Shown here: piece after piece, positions 20,536 to 31,370 of the stretch
How positions within the stretch are numbered: position 1 is the first letter of the stretch
Layout: each line of letters opens with the position of its first letter
DNA from: Bacillota bacterium
GTDB lineage: Bacteria > Bacillota > Clostridia > Clostridiales > Clostridiaceae
Direction: 5' to 3'
Length of the DNA stretch: 64,000 bases
Assembly (NCBI GenBank): GCA_023424785.1
Contig: JAFADP010000005.1
Location: 19,905 to 83,904, forward strand
The notes under the pieces: model-generated
Seen by the model: only the letters and a program-made list of their open reading frames with translations
Databases searched by the model: none
What the model was told of the DNA's origin: nothing
Made by a program: the position numbers and the translations under genes

Positions 20536-20538
20536 AAA

Positions 20539-21087
20539 TTATTCTCCTAATTGCTCATTTATTTTTTTTATAGCTTCTATAAATTCTTCCTTACTTATAC
20601 CATAATTATTTAATCTAGAAAGAGTTTGTGCTCCATTGCCATAACCTATTCCTAATTCCTTTCCTAATATAAGTCTTCTTTTTTTAGAATCTACACTTCC
20701 CATTAACTTAAAGTGATATAGATCTTGCATATTATAAAAGTCTACTTTCTCTTCTAATGTTACTTTTGCATTTTCTAATGCTTTTATTATTACTTCAGGT
20801 GAAGCATTTTCTACTCCGATATCTCCATCTTTTATTCCATCTTCTTGAGCTATATAAGCATGTTTAACGCCTTTTACTCTTTTAGATATTATACTTCTGA
20901 TTTTTTCTCCTGCAAAATCTGGATCAGTAAAAACAATAACACCCTTTCTTTTTTGTGCTTCTTTTATTCTTTCTATAACCTTTGCATTTATTCCAAAACC
21001 ACCAACAGCTATCATTTCAGCATCTACTGCTTGTTTAACTGCAGTAATATCATCTCTACCCTCTACTACTATAACTTCTTTTATCAA
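20539..21087 (-). CDS. rnmV: Ribonuclease M5
   Basis: Toprim IVVEGRDD, FTDPDFAGEKIR, GVENAS; probable TTG start at 21087. Confidence 0.95.
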   Translation of the reverse strand: MIKEVIVVEGRDDITAVKQAVDAEMIAVGGFGINAKVIERIKEAQKRKGVIVFTDPDFAGEKIRSIISKRVKGVKHAYIAQEDGIKDGDIGVENASPEVIIKALENAKVTLEEKVDFYNMQDLYHFKLMGSVDSKKRRLILGKELGIGYGNGAQTLSRLNNYGISKEEFIEAIKKINEQLGE

Positions 21088-21199
21088 AACAATACTTCCT
21101 TTCACATTATACTTATTGAAAACTATCCATTAAGTTATTATACCAAATTTATTGCAAAAAATAAGAGATAACATTTCTGTAATCTCTTATTATAAATCC

Positions 21200-22255
21200 T
21201 TACCATTCACCAGGACCAGCTATTATTACTACTTCTTTATTTCTTAGGCCCCAATTGCAAGCTTCTCTATAAGTATCAAAATATAAATCAATTTTATTTC
21301 CTTTAATGGATGTTCCAATATCAGCTGCAACTGCATATCCATAGTCTTCAATCCATACCTTACTTCCTAATGGTATTACAGTTGGATCTACGGCTATTGT
21401 GCTTATACCATTTGGATCACGATTAAGAGCTCTACCTGAATAGGTACTATCTCCTGGGTTTTTCTTTGAGTAAGCTGTTGTGGTAGCTGTAAATTTCGAC
21501 TTTCCATATACCTCTCCACCTCTATTTAATACTCCCTGCATCGTTCCCATTGCAATTATCTCTGATTGAGCTTCCTTTATAACTTTTGTAGCAATTTGTT
21601 CTCTCTCAACTTCTGTGCCATCATGCTTAACCACTTTATAAGTTACTTCTTGCTCACCATTTACTCCTTGTTGCTTCACAACTTCAGGCTGTGTAGCATA
21701 CATACTGTTATCTTCAACCTTTTTAGTTTCATATGCAATAGTCTGTATTTCAACTATTTCATCTACTTCAACATCTATAATTTTTATACTCATATTCTTT
21801 TCAATTTTAGATGTTACATCTGGATATACTATATCATCATCTTTATAGTCTATACCAAATTTTTTCAAAGTTTCTTTTTCTTCTTTTAGCATGTCCTCTA
21901 TTGTTTCTTCTGCTGTTAATAGCTCTTGCTCTTGACCTGCCATTACAACTTTTACAGACACTGCTCTTTTAATATCAATCTTTTGATTTTCTGTTATCTC
22001 GGTATCTAACGATGGTGAAATTTTGTCTTTATCTAGAACTTCTATTCCCTGATCCTCGAGTGCCTCCTTAACAGTCCCTTTATATGTGACAAATACCTTT
22101 TCTTTTCCGTCTATACTTACACTTACTGTCTTTCTCATAATGATAATTGTCAATGCAGATATAATAATTAATACTAATATTATTCCACTTATTATCTTTG
22201 CCTTAGGACCATTAGAAAAACTCTTTTTTAAAATATTTTTAAATTTTTCTATCAT
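21200..22255 (-). CDS. Membrane-anchored DUF348-G5-3D domain protein (YabE/Sps, resuscitation-factor-like cell wall enzyme)
   Basis: TM helix, ubiquitin-like DUF348 repeats, G5 (QQGVNG), 3D (IAVDPTVIPLGS..AADIG..IKGNKIDLY); start at 22255 after AAGGAGG. Confidence 0.92.
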   Translation of the reverse strand: MIEKFKNILKKSFSNGPKAKIISGIILVLIIISALTIIIMRKTVSVSIDGKEKVFVTYKGTVKEALEDQGIEVLDKDKISPSLDTEITENQKIDIKRAVSVKVVMAGQEQELLTAEETIEDMLKEEKETLKKFGIDYKDDDIVYPDVTSKIEKNMSIKIIDVEVDEIVEIQTIAYETKKVEDNSMYATQPEVVKQQGVNGEQEVTYKVVKHDGTEVEREQIATKVIKEAQSEIIAMGTMQGVLNRGGEVYGKSKFTATTTAYSKKNPGDSTYSGRALNRDPNGISTIAVDPTVIPLGSKVWIEDYGYAVAADIGTSIKGNKIDLYFDTYREACNWGLRNKEVVIIAGPGEW

Positions 22256-22472
22256 ATATTTCCCTCCTTTGGCAAGAGCGTTAAGGTAAGTATACACTAC
22301 TTTAAATAAACTTGTCAAATTTAATTCCATTTTCTGTATTGTAATTTCTAATTAATGTAAGTTTTATTTTATTTAATTTAATATTATTTAATAATTCCTT
22401 CCTGGAAACGATATTCATTTTTTATTTTTTGCTATTTTCTAATAAAAATATTTTTATTATTTCCCAAAAATA

Positions 22473-23255
22473 CTATTGTATTTTAAATAAATTTTGCAAG
22501 TTTTTATTCAATCTTAGATTTAATTCTTTACTATCTACTTCTTTTATATCAGCTATTTTTTCTATTATATACTTAATATAATCAGATCTATTTCTTTTAC
22601 CTCTGTTAGGCTCAGGTGACATATATGGACAATCTGTTTCTACTAATAATTTATCTACTGGAACTTCCTTAACTACTTGTACAACTTTTTTTGCATTTTT
22701 AAATGTAACAACACCTGTTATTCCTATATAATATCCAAGCTTTAAACATTCCTTTGCAAACTCTACACTTCCTGAAAAACAATGAACTACACCTATTACA
22801 TCAGGGAACTCTTTCATTATATCTAATGTATCTTCATGAGCATCTCTATCATGTATTATTACTGGTAACTTTAAATCCTGAGCTAACTTCATTTGCTTTC
22901 TAAATACATCTTTTTGAACTTCTCTTGATGGATTTTCATCCCAATAATAATCTAGTCCTATTTCTCCTATAGCTTTAAGTTTTAAATTTTTCTTAACTAA
23001 CTCTTTAAATTCATCTATCATTTCATCTTTAAATTCATCTGCATTTTCTGGATGTATACCTACTGCTCCATAAATAAAATCCCATGTATTTATTAACTTA
23101 CAAGTTTTTTTAATACTTTCATAAGATGAGGAGCAGTTCATAATTCCAACCACTCCATTGCTTTTTAATTCTTTCATTATTTCACTTCTATCTAAATTAA
23201 ATGAATCATCATCATAATGAGCATGACTATCAAATATTTTATATTCTGTATTCAT
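22473..23255 (-). CDS. tatD: TatD family DNase
   Basis: DSHAH, GIHP, GEIGLDY, IIHDRDA, HCFSG, ETDCPY. Confidence 0.95.
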   Translation of the reverse strand: MNTEYKIFDSHAHYDDDSFNLDRSEIMKELKSNGVVGIMNCSSSYESIKKTCKLINTWDFIYGAVGIHPENADEFKDEMIDEFKELVKKNLKLKAIGEIGLDYYWDENPSREVQKDVFRKQMKLAQDLKLPVIIHDRDAHEDTLDIMKEFPDVIGVVHCFSGSVEFAKECLKLGYYIGITGVVTFKNAKKVVQVVKEVPVDKLLVETDCPYMSPEPNRGKRNRSDYIKYIIEKIADIKEVDSKELNLRLNKNLQNLFKIQ

Positions 23256-23311
23256 ATATAATCACTTCCTAATTTTAATTTCTTATATATTATACACCAA
23301 TATCCAAATAT

Positions 23312-23743
23312 TTATATATTCTTTAATTTATTAAGATGCTTATCATTATCCTCTACTATCTTCTCTAGCTCTTTCTTTATACTTGGCTCTAGATTTTCAT
23401 GTTCTGCAATAAACTTATTGCCTTGTTCTATTCCCATATTTATAGCATTTATTGCGGCATCTATAACTTCCTTATCTGTATCCACCTTAATTAATTTTAC
23501 CTTCTCCCAAGTCTCACTAATAGCTCCTATTAAACCTAATGTATCAGCTGCATTTCCTCCTAATTTCTCTATTCTATGTGTAATAGCTTCTTCATGTCTT
23601 TTAAATGACTCAATTATAAGTCTTAAGTCATCCTTTAACTTGGGTGATTGTGCTTTTTCTAAATAATCCTTAAATGTAATTCCTCCCATATGAATTCCTT
23701 TAAGAAACTTATTTAACTCATGTACTAATTTTTCATTTTCCAT
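23312..23743 (-). CDS. Ferritin-like four-helix-bundle protein (DUF2383 type), probably forespore-expressed
   Basis: Helical protein with KRHEE...IEKLGG and terminal DxxH; start 23743 after GAGGTGA; sigmaG-like GAATA-N17-AAAACTA at 23761-23789 (minus). Confidence 0.75.
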   Translation of the reverse strand: MENEKLVHELNKFLKGIHMGGITFKDYLEKAQSPKLKDDLRLIIESFKRHEEAITHRIEKLGGNAADTLGLIGAISETWEKVKLIKVDTDKEVIDAAINAINMGIEQGNKFIAEHENLEPSIKKELEKIVEDNDKHLNKLKNI

Positions 23744-23849
23744 ATTTCTCACCTCAACTTTAGTTTTTGAATATTTATAAATTTTATTCAAGTAAAAAAG
23801 AAAGAGCTATCTTAAATCTCTTTAAAATAACTCTTCTAAAATACTTATA

Positions 23850-25790
23850 TTATCTTACAATACTTCCTGTTGGTAGATCTCCTGGATTAACTAATGATAA
23901 TACGCTATCATCATCTGTAGCTGCTGCAAGAATCATACCTTGAGATAATTCACCTCTTAACTTAACAGGCTTTAAGTTAGCAACAAGTACTACATTCTTT
24001 CCTATTAAATCTTCTGGTTTATAATATTTAGAAATTCCTGATATAACCTGTCTTTCTTCTCCACCTAAGTCTACTTTTAGCTTAAGTAATTTCTTTGCAC
24101 CCTTAACAGGTTCACATTCCTTAACTTTAACAACTCTTAAATCTATCTTCTCAAAATCATCTATTGTTATTTCTTCTTTTATTGGTGTAATTGCTGGTTG
24201 TGCTTGTGCCTTTTGAGCTGCTGAAATAGCTTCTAGCTCTGCAAGCTTAGCTTCTACATCTATTCTTGGGAATAAGCTATCACCTTTTGCAACCTTTGTT
24301 CCTACTATTGTTCCATCAAAAGATGATACTGATGCCCAATCTATATTTGATGCATTGATTTGTTCATTTATCTTCTTTGAAGTATCAGGTAAGAATGCTG
24401 ATAATAATACAGATGATATTCTTAAAGATTCTATTAGGTTATATAGTACAGTTCCTAATCTTTCTTTTTTAGATTCATCCTTAGCTAATATCCAAGGAGT
24501 TGTTTCATCTATATACTTATTAGCTCTTCCAACTAAATCAAATATTGCTTCTAATGCTTCTGGTATTCTTAGGTTATTTATATCATCTTCAACCTTCTTT
24601 GGAGTTGCTAAAGCTAAATTAATAAGCTCGTTGTCTATTTCTTCCTTAGCTGTTGGTGCAGGAATTTCTCCTCCAAAATACTTTTCTACCATTGCAACTG
24701 ATCTTGATAATAAATTACCTAAATCATTACATAAGTCTGAATTTATCTTGTTTATAAATATTTCATTATTAAATAATCCATCTGCTCCAAATGGTATTTC
24801 TCTTAATAAGTAGTATCTAACTGGATCTACTCCAAAACTTTCAACTAATGTTACTGGATCTACTACATTACCTTTAGATTTTGACATTTTACCACCATCT
24901 ACAAGTAACCATCCATGACCAAATACTTGCTTTGGTAATGGTAAATCTAAAGCCATCAGCATAATTGGCCAATAAATAGTATGGAATCTTAAAATATCCT
25001 TACCTATTAAATGAACATCTGCTGGCCAATACTTCTTAAATTTATCTGTATTATCACTTCCATAACCTAAAGCAGTTATATAGTTTGATAATGCATCTAT
25101 CCAAACATAAACAACATGTTTTTCATCAAAAGTTACTGGAATACCCCAGTCAAAGCTTGTTCTTGATACACAAAGATCTTGTAATCCTGGCTTTAAGAAG
25201 TTATTAAGCATTTCATTCTTTCTTGATTCTGGCTGAATAAATTCTGGATTTTCTTCTATATACTTTATTAATCTATCTGCATATTTACTCATTTTAAAGA
25301 AGTATGCTTCTTCCTTAGATTTTTCTACTGGTCTTCCACAATCAGGACACTTACCATCTACAAGTTGAGTCTCTGTCCAGAAAGATTCACATGGAGTACA
25401 ATAAAGTCCTTCATATGAACTCTTATATATATCTCCTTGATCATAAAGCTTCTTAAATATATCTTGAACAGCTTTTATATGATAATCATCAGTTGTTCTT
25501 ATAAACTTATCATAGCTTATATTCATCATTTTCCAAAGATCTTTAATTCCAGCTACTACTTCATCTACATGTTCCTTTGGAGTTATTCCTTTTTCTTCTG
25601 CTATTCTTTGAATTTTTTGACCATGTTCATCTGTTCCTGTTAAGAACATTACATCATATCCTGTTAATCTTTTAAATCTAGCAATTGCATCAGCTGCAAC
25701 AGTAGTATAGGTATTACCTATATGTAATTTTGTTGATGGATAATAAATTGGTGTAGTTATATAATATGGTTTTTTACATTCATTACACAT
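23850..25790 (-). CDS. metG: Methionine--tRNA ligase (MetRS1) with C-terminal tRNA-binding domain
   Basis: YITTPIYY, HIGN, GTDEHG, CTPC/CPDC knuckle, KMSKS, C-terminal Trbp111-like domain; start at 25790 fits the AAGGAGG spacing. Confidence 0.98.
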   Translation of the reverse strand: MCNECKKPYYITTPIYYPSTKLHIGNTYTTVAADAIARFKRLTGYDVMFLTGTDEHGQKIQRIAEEKGITPKEHVDEVVAGIKDLWKMMNISYDKFIRTTDDYHIKAVQDIFKKLYDQGDIYKSSYEGLYCTPCESFWTETQLVDGKCPDCGRPVEKSKEEAYFFKMSKYADRLIKYIEENPEFIQPESRKNEMLNNFLKPGLQDLCVSRTSFDWGIPVTFDEKHVVYVWIDALSNYITALGYGSDNTDKFKKYWPADVHLIGKDILRFHTIYWPIMLMALDLPLPKQVFGHGWLLVDGGKMSKSKGNVVDPVTLVESFGVDPVRYYLLREIPFGADGLFNNEIFINKINSDLCNDLGNLLSRSVAMVEKYFGGEIPAPTAKEEIDNELINLALATPKKVEDDINNLRIPEALEAIFDLVGRANKYIDETTPWILAKDESKKERLGTVLYNLIESLRISSVLLSAFLPDTSKKINEQINASNIDWASVSSFDGTIVGTKVAKGDSLFPRIDVEAKLAELEAISAAQKAQAQPAITPIKEEITIDDFEKIDLRVVKVKECEPVKGAKKLLKLKVDLGGEERQVISGISKYYKPEDLIGKNVVLVANLKPVKLRGELSQGMILAAATDDDSVLSLVNPGDLPTGSIVR

Positions 25791-25811
25791 AACTTTCATT
25801 CCTCCTTTATA

Positions 25812-26088
25812 TAAAAAAAGTCTCTATATAGGCATTATTACCTATATAGAGACGTAATAAACTTTTTTACGTGTTACCACTCTACTTTATTCTTGCTTCA
25901 CAACAAAAACCTCTATAAGTGACTATCATCACCTTACAATATAACGGTTGCTCCCGTAATCCTCTAACTATAACAGCTCAAGGATTCTGCTCCAAGACCA
26001 TCTTCATAAAACTTATTGACGCTAACTTTCACCTAATATTAGCTCTCTTTAGACCTTCTATCTTACTACTCTTCTCTTCACTGCATTT
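25812..26088 (-). ncRNA. T-box riboswitch (Met)
   Basis: Minus strand AGTA, AGAGA and GGTGAAA motifs; specifier GAAG-ATG (25999-26001); T-box AAGTAGAGTGGTAACACG; terminator GTCTCTATATAGG..CCTATATAGAGAC-T7; promoter TTGACA-N17-TATCAT at 26095-26123. Confidence 0.95.
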
Positions 26089-26263
26089 AACTTTATGATA
26101 AATCAAATAAATTCATATGTCAAATATCTTTAATAAAGATACTTAACATCTTCTCCAATCTTACCTGATATACCACTGAGTTCTTTAATACATATACTCT
26201 CATATTTTCTTTTCTAACTGATTCTGTTGTTAAAGTTCCATTACAATAAATTTAATTTTTTAT

Positions 26264-26304
26264 AACAAAAAGAGGTTTAAAAATACTTCAAACCTCTTTT
26301 TGTT
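26264..26304 (-). terminator. Terminator of the NhaC/LysW gene
   Basis: AACAAAAAGAGGTTT-N11-AAACCTCTTTTTGTT. Confidence 0.8.
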
Positions 26305-26311
26305 GCTAAAT

Positions 26312-28036
26312 TTAATTTTTTTCTACATTAACAGGTTTACCAACAAAATATGTTGCTAAAACCACTACTAATATTGCTAATGGAAGTACTATATATATTG
26401 GAATTCCAAACCCTGCAGGTATATATCCAAATAATACTGTTATTACTCCAACAAATAAAGCATACCACATTTGTGTTTTAACATGATCTATGTGATCGCA
26501 TCCTGCTCCCATTGAAGAAAGTATTGTTGTATCTGATATAGGTGAACAATGGTCTCCAAAAATTGCACCTGTTAAAACTGCACTTATACTAACAATAACA
26601 TATGACATATCTGAATTAATTGCATATGATAAAGGTATAGCTAGTGGCATTAATATTGTCATTGTTCCATATGCAGTACCTGTTGAGAATGATATTACTG
26701 CTCCAAAAACAAAAATTATACTTGGTAATAAAAATGCTGGTACAGAATTAGAAAGCTTAGATACTAAGAAATCTGCTGTTCCTAAATCACCAATTACTCC
26801 ACCTAATGACCATGCTAGTATTAATATTACTCCTGTAATTATTAATCCTTTCATACCATTTATCCATATATTAATACCTTCTGATATAGTAAATATTTTC
26901 TTACATACACCTAAGGCTATAGCAACTATACTTGCAAGTAATGCTGCTTGGAATAATGCTACTGATGCATCAGCTGCACTAAATGCTTCTTTTATTGCAG
27001 AAAATGAGAATAATGACCCTATGGAATTTCCAAATATAGCTTTAAGAGCTTCATCTTCACCTGCCATTATAGATGAATAACCACTATAATAAAAACTTAT
27101 TAATGCACCTACAATTAAAGTTCCTATAGGAATTATAGCATTCCATATACTTAATTTTACGCCCTTTTTAGCTTCAAACTCGTCAGCTACTTCCTTATCT
27201 AACTCTATATCTTTTAATATTTGTTCTCCTTTTCTTGCTCTAACTTCAGCCTTTCTCATAGGACCAAACTCTCTTAAAAGAAAAATTGTAGCTAAAACAA
27301 AAACAATTATTAATATATTATAAAATCTATATGGTATTGTTTGTAAAAATACTCCAAAACCATCAACATTTTTTCCTATTTTCTCGAATCCATCATTAAT
27401 TAATGAAACTTCAAGTCCTATCCACGTTGATATAATTGCAAGTCCTGCTATTGGTGCTGCAGTAGCATCAATAATAAATGATAATCTTTCTCTAGAAACC
27501 TTCATTTTATCAGCTACAGGTCTCATTATAGGACCTATAATAAGTGCATTTGCATAATCATCAAAAAATACAATTAATCCTAAAAGCCATGTTATAAATT
27601 GAGTACTTCTTGGTGTTTTTGCTTTTTTTGCAAGGGCTTCAGCTACTGCTCTTGCTCCACCCATCTTTGATACAAGTTCTATTACTCCCCCTATTACTAG
27701 AACCTGAAGTATAATACCTGCATTCCAAGGATCTGCTAATGCATTAAGCATTCTCTGAACAACATCTAAAAATGAATGAACAATTGATCCAAATAAATTA
27801 TAATCTGATAATTGAATCATAAAACATCCTGATAATACCCCAACAAATAATGAAATAACAACATTTTTTGTTATAAACGCTAAAACTATAGCTACTAGTG
27901 GTGGTATAATAGTAAACCACTGAAATCTCTCTGCATTTGATAGTACTTCACCATTCTCAGCTGCAAATACAACAGTAGATGAAAGCATCATCATAATGAA
28001 AGTCATTAAAAAAATTAAACTTCTTTTATTTTTCAT
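26312..28036 (-). CDS. lysW: NhaC-family transporter, predicted lysine permease (LysW)
   Basis: FFDDYAN, DATAAP, STGTAYGT, GDHCSPISDTTILSS; lysine riboswitch directly upstream. Confidence 0.85.
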   Translation of the reverse strand: MKNKRSLIFLMTFIMMMLSSTVVFAAENGEVLSNAERFQWFTIIPPLVAIVLAFITKNVVISLFVGVLSGCFMIQLSDYNLFGSIVHSFLDVVQRMLNALADPWNAGIILQVLVIGGVIELVSKMGGARAVAEALAKKAKTPRSTQFITWLLGLIVFFDDYANALIIGPIMRPVADKMKVSRERLSFIIDATAAPIAGLAIISTWIGLEVSLINDGFEKIGKNVDGFGVFLQTIPYRFYNILIIVFVLATIFLLREFGPMRKAEVRARKGEQILKDIELDKEVADEFEAKKGVKLSIWNAIIPIGTLIVGALISFYYSGYSSIMAGEDEALKAIFGNSIGSLFSFSAIKEAFSAADASVALFQAALLASIVAIALGVCKKIFTISEGINIWINGMKGLIITGVILILAWSLGGVIGDLGTADFLVSKLSNSVPAFLLPSIIFVFGAVISFSTGTAYGTMTILMPLAIPLSYAINSDMSYVIVSISAVLTGAIFGDHCSPISDTTILSSMGAGCDHIDHVKTQMWYALFVGVITVLFGYIPAGFGIPIYIVLPLAILVVVLATYFVGKPVNVEKN

Positions 28037-28121
28037 CTATTTTTCTCCCATTCTTTATTATATTAAAAATAAAAAGCCTTGAGGTAACACTCAAGGCTTT
28101 ATAATCAAAAATAAAACATCC

Positions 28122-28294
28122 TGAATGATAGCTCTCCACAAAAATCATGTGACAATCTTAAACATATTTTGCATAAGACCAGTAATACAGCATTAAAGCT
28201 TTATCTGTATACTTCGGCGACAGTACCTTTCATATTGCTTCATCCTGCTTAAGTCCACAATAATACTCTTTAATATCGCACCTCTATCTATTCT
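28122..28294 (-). ncRNA. Lysine riboswitch (L-box)
   Basis: Minus strand GATAGAGGTGCG..AAGAGTA..GAAAGG..GCCGAA..CTGG..TGTCA..GGAGAGCTATC; expression-platform terminator AAGCCTTGAG..CTCAAGGCTT-T at 28072-28100; promoter TTGATA-N17-TATAAT at 28321-28349. Confidence 0.95.
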
Positions 28295-28376
28295 TTATTA
28301 ACTTCTTTTAATTATTGTTAATTATACATTGTAGAATATAACATATCAAGTTTTTTTTATTTTTTTATATTTTTTA

Positions 28377-29981
28377 CTATTTTCTTTTCGATTTGCTACC
28401 TTTATTCATATCCCATAATAATATAATGGCTAATATACTTGAAATTATGTATCCTATAATTCCTATAATTGATAATCCATTATACGTTGGCTCAACCTTA
28501 TTACTTATTATTAAAGATGATGCCATAACTAAGGCTGCTGCTATAATTCCTCCCGTAAGTCTATTAACAATATTATCTAACTTAGATTCTATTTCATCTA
28601 ACTCTTTAATTTTTATATTTAAATTTGTATTATCATTAATAAGCTTATTTAATACTTCAATAGTTTTAGTAGGTATTTTCATTGTATCTCTAGCAAATTG
28701 ATATGTTGATATAATTAACTCTTCCGTATCTAACTCTTTCAGTATTGCAAGTTTATTTTTTGATTTAATAAATTCAGTTACTATAGAAATTATTTCAAAC
28801 TCAGGATCTACTTCAGCTACTACTCCCTCTAAAATTACTAACCCTCTAATTAATGCTACTAACTCACTAGGAAATTGTATATTATTTCTTCTAACTATCT
28901 GAAAAACTTCTTGAAGAAGTATCCCTATCTTTATATTTTTTAAACTAGTATTTAAGTATGTGTCAAATAAATAGTCTATATCTTCGTATAAATCACTCTT
29001 ATTAATTTTACCTTTTTTAATTCCTACTGCTAAAATAAAGTCAACTAATCTATCCTTATCCTTTGTAGCTATTGCAAGCATGGCTTTATTAAGCCAACTT
29101 TTCATATTCTCATTTAATACTCCTACAATACCAAAATCCAAAAAACATATTTTCCCATCAGAAATAAGTAGATTACCTGGATGTGGGTCTCCATGAAAAA
29201 AACCATCTTCAAAGATTTGCTTACAGTAAGCCAATGCTAACTTTCTTGCTACATCTTTATTATCATATCCTTCTTTAAGCATCTTATTTACATTATTTAT
29301 TTTAAATCCATATATCTTTTCCAAAACCAATGTTTTCTTACTTAAAAATTCTGATATCATATCTGGAGCATATATTGAGGCAACATCTTTATTTTTTTCT
29401 TTAAATGCTAATATATTATTCCCTTCAATGGTAAAATCCAGCTCTCTTTCTATTGATACTTCTAATTCTTCTAGAACTTCTAAAGGGTTAACTATAGTTA
29501 TATTTATTTTTGTAAATTTAACTATTCTCTTTAAAATAGCTATATCTAACTTCATTTTTTCATATATATTAGGTCTTTGAATTTTTACAACTACACTTGT
29601 TCCATTACTTAAAATAGCTTCATAAACTTGAGCTATAGAAGCAGATGCTAAGGGTTCATTATTAAAATATATAAAACTTTCTTCAATTGTTTTATTTAAT
29701 GAATTTTCAAAAACCTCTCTAATAGAGCTTATATCTTCTATTAGCGCTGAATCCTGCAATTTCTTTAACTCTTTTGTATACTCTTCTGGTAATATATCTG
29801 TTCTTGTACTAAGTATTTGACCAATTTTAATAAAAGTTGGTCCTAATGTCTCTATTGCCTTCCTGAAATTTTTAGGTGAGTTCTTACTATTATGTATGGT
29901 GCTATCAACCATATAACCAAATCCATAATAAGCAAAGACCTTAACTATTTCTTGGAACCTTTCTCTAGACCTTTTTACCAT
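28377..29981 (-). CDS. ABC1/UbiB (AarF) family atypical kinase
   Basis: LGPTFIKIGQ, ASASIAQVY, VKIQRP, HGDPHPGN, LDFG; C-terminal TM helices. Confidence 0.93.
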   Translation of the reverse strand: MVKRSRERFQEIVKVFAYYGFGYMVDSTIHNSKNSPKNFRKAIETLGPTFIKIGQILSTRTDILPEEYTKELKKLQDSALIEDISSIREVFENSLNKTIEESFIYFNNEPLASASIAQVYEAILSNGTSVVVKIQRPNIYEKMKLDIAILKRIVKFTKINITIVNPLEVLEELEVSIERELDFTIEGNNILAFKEKNKDVASIYAPDMISEFLSKKTLVLEKIYGFKINNVNKMLKEGYDNKDVARKLALAYCKQIFEDGFFHGDPHPGNLLISDGKICFLDFGIVGVLNENMKSWLNKAMLAIATKDKDRLVDFILAVGIKKGKINKSDLYEDIDYLFDTYLNTSLKNIKIGILLQEVFQIVRRNNIQFPSELVALIRGLVILEGVVAEVDPEFEIISIVTEFIKSKNKLAILKELDTEELIISTYQFARDTMKIPTKTIEVLNKLINDNTNLNIKIKELDEIESKLDNIVNRLTGGIIAAALVMASSLIISNKVEPTYNGLSIIGIIGYIISSILAIILLWDMNKGSKSKRK

Positions 29982-29994
29982 AGTATTACCTATT

Positions 29995-31242
29995 CTATTC
30001 TCTCATAAATTTTTCAATATCTTCTACTGTTTTTATCATATCTTTAGTTAACACTTCAACTCCATTTTCTGTAACTAAAACATCATCTTCAATTCTTATC
30101 CCTATACCTTCTTCTTCTATATATATACCAGGTTCAACTGTCCATACCATGCCTTCTTTAAATGTAGCATTTCTATTTTCGTAGCTTATATCATGAGTAT
30201 CTAATCCTAAACTATGACCAATACTATGCCAGTAGTACTTTGTTACATCTTTTTTATCACTAATAAGTCCTAGTTTTATACACTCCTCTGCAATCCACTC
30301 TCTTGACATTTCATTAATATCTTTATACTCTAACCCCGGCTTTATTGTGTTTATAACTCTTTCATTAACTCTTAATACTGCATTATAAACTTCTTTTTGT
30401 CTTTCAGTGAACTTTCCATTTACAGGGAATGTTCTTGTTATATCAGCATTATAATAGTTGTATTGAGCTCCTAAGTCAAATAATATTAAATCTCCATCCT
30501 TAATTTCACAATTATTTTCAACATAATGAAGTATTGTTGCATTTTTTCCTGATGCAGCTATTGTATCAAAAGCATATTCTTTAACACCCCTACGCTTACA
30601 TTCAAACTCGAAATATGCTTGTAACTCATACTCTTTCATTCCAGGTTTTGAATTTTTCATAAGGCTTTTTACACCTGCAATTGTTATTTCTATTGCTTTC
30701 TTCATTTCATCTATTTCTTCTTTAGATTTTACTAATCTAAGAGGAATTATTTTAGGATATATATTCTTTATTGTTACAAAAGGATATCTCTTTATTATCT
30801 CTTCTGCAAACTTTCCTGATACTCCTTGTAATGAATCAAATGAATCTCTCTCCATATCTAAATATAAATTTAATTCTGATAATCCACTAAATAATTTATT
30901 TAAGAAAGGTTTAAATTCACCTAAGTAACTTACATCTTCTATTCCACTTAATTCAATAGCTTCTTCCTTTCTTATGCTTTTTCCTACCCATCTTTCATTA
31001 TCTTCATCTATTTCTTTTATAAATAACTTTTCACTTACTTTTTCATTTATTTTTGTCATTATCATAATATGCTCTTCTTCACATATTCCTGTAAAGTAAT
31101 AAAAGTTTCTATTTGGTGTAAACATATATTTTTGATCTGCACTCTTTTTTAAAGCTTTACCGGCAAATAATATTACTATTGAATTATTCTCCATACTATC
31201 AATTAGATTTTTTCTATTCTTACAATAAAATTCTTTATTCAT
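29995..31242 (-). CDS. pepP: Xaa-Pro aminopeptidase (M24B)
   Basis: LFDLG...ADITRT, HSIGHSLGLDTHD, TVEPGIY, GIRIEDD. Confidence 0.93.
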   Translation of the reverse strand: MNKEFYCKNRKNLIDSMENNSIVILFAGKALKKSADQKYMFTPNRNFYYFTGICEEEHIMIMTKINEKVSEKLFIKEIDEDNERWVGKSIRKEEAIELSGIEDVSYLGEFKPFLNKLFSGLSELNLYLDMERDSFDSLQGVSGKFAEEIIKRYPFVTIKNIYPKIIPLRLVKSKEEIDEMKKAIEITIAGVKSLMKNSKPGMKEYELQAYFEFECKRRGVKEYAFDTIAASGKNATILHYVENNCEIKDGDLILFDLGAQYNYYNADITRTFPVNGKFTERQKEVYNAVLRVNERVINTIKPGLEYKDINEMSREWIAEECIKLGLISDKKDVTKYYWHSIGHSLGLDTHDISYENRNATFKEGMVWTVEPGIYIEEEGIGIRIEDDVLVTENGVEVLTKDMIKTVEDIEKFMRE

Positions 31243-31370
31243 ACTTTCACATCCTCATATCACATAAATATTTTTATTTTATGTTTATTTTATATCATTA
31301 TACATTCTTATTCAAAAAATAGTGTAGCAAGCAAAAGCTTTACTACACTACCCTAATAATTATTTAATCA

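Noticed and set aside
22333..22362. TGTAAT...TGTAAG hexamers upstream of the 3D/G5 cell-wall enzyme as a WalR box
   Set aside because: Spacing is 10 nt rather than the 5 nt of TGTWAH-N5-TGTWAH.
26120..26250. Coding-like stretch between the lysW terminator and the metG promoter (27-aa ORF MRVYVLKNSVV... at 26120-26203, and a second frame IKELSGISGKIGEDVKYLY)
   Set aside because: No convincing RBS and no recognisable homology; it overlaps the metG -35. It may be a gene remnant, but that needs a tBLASTx search.
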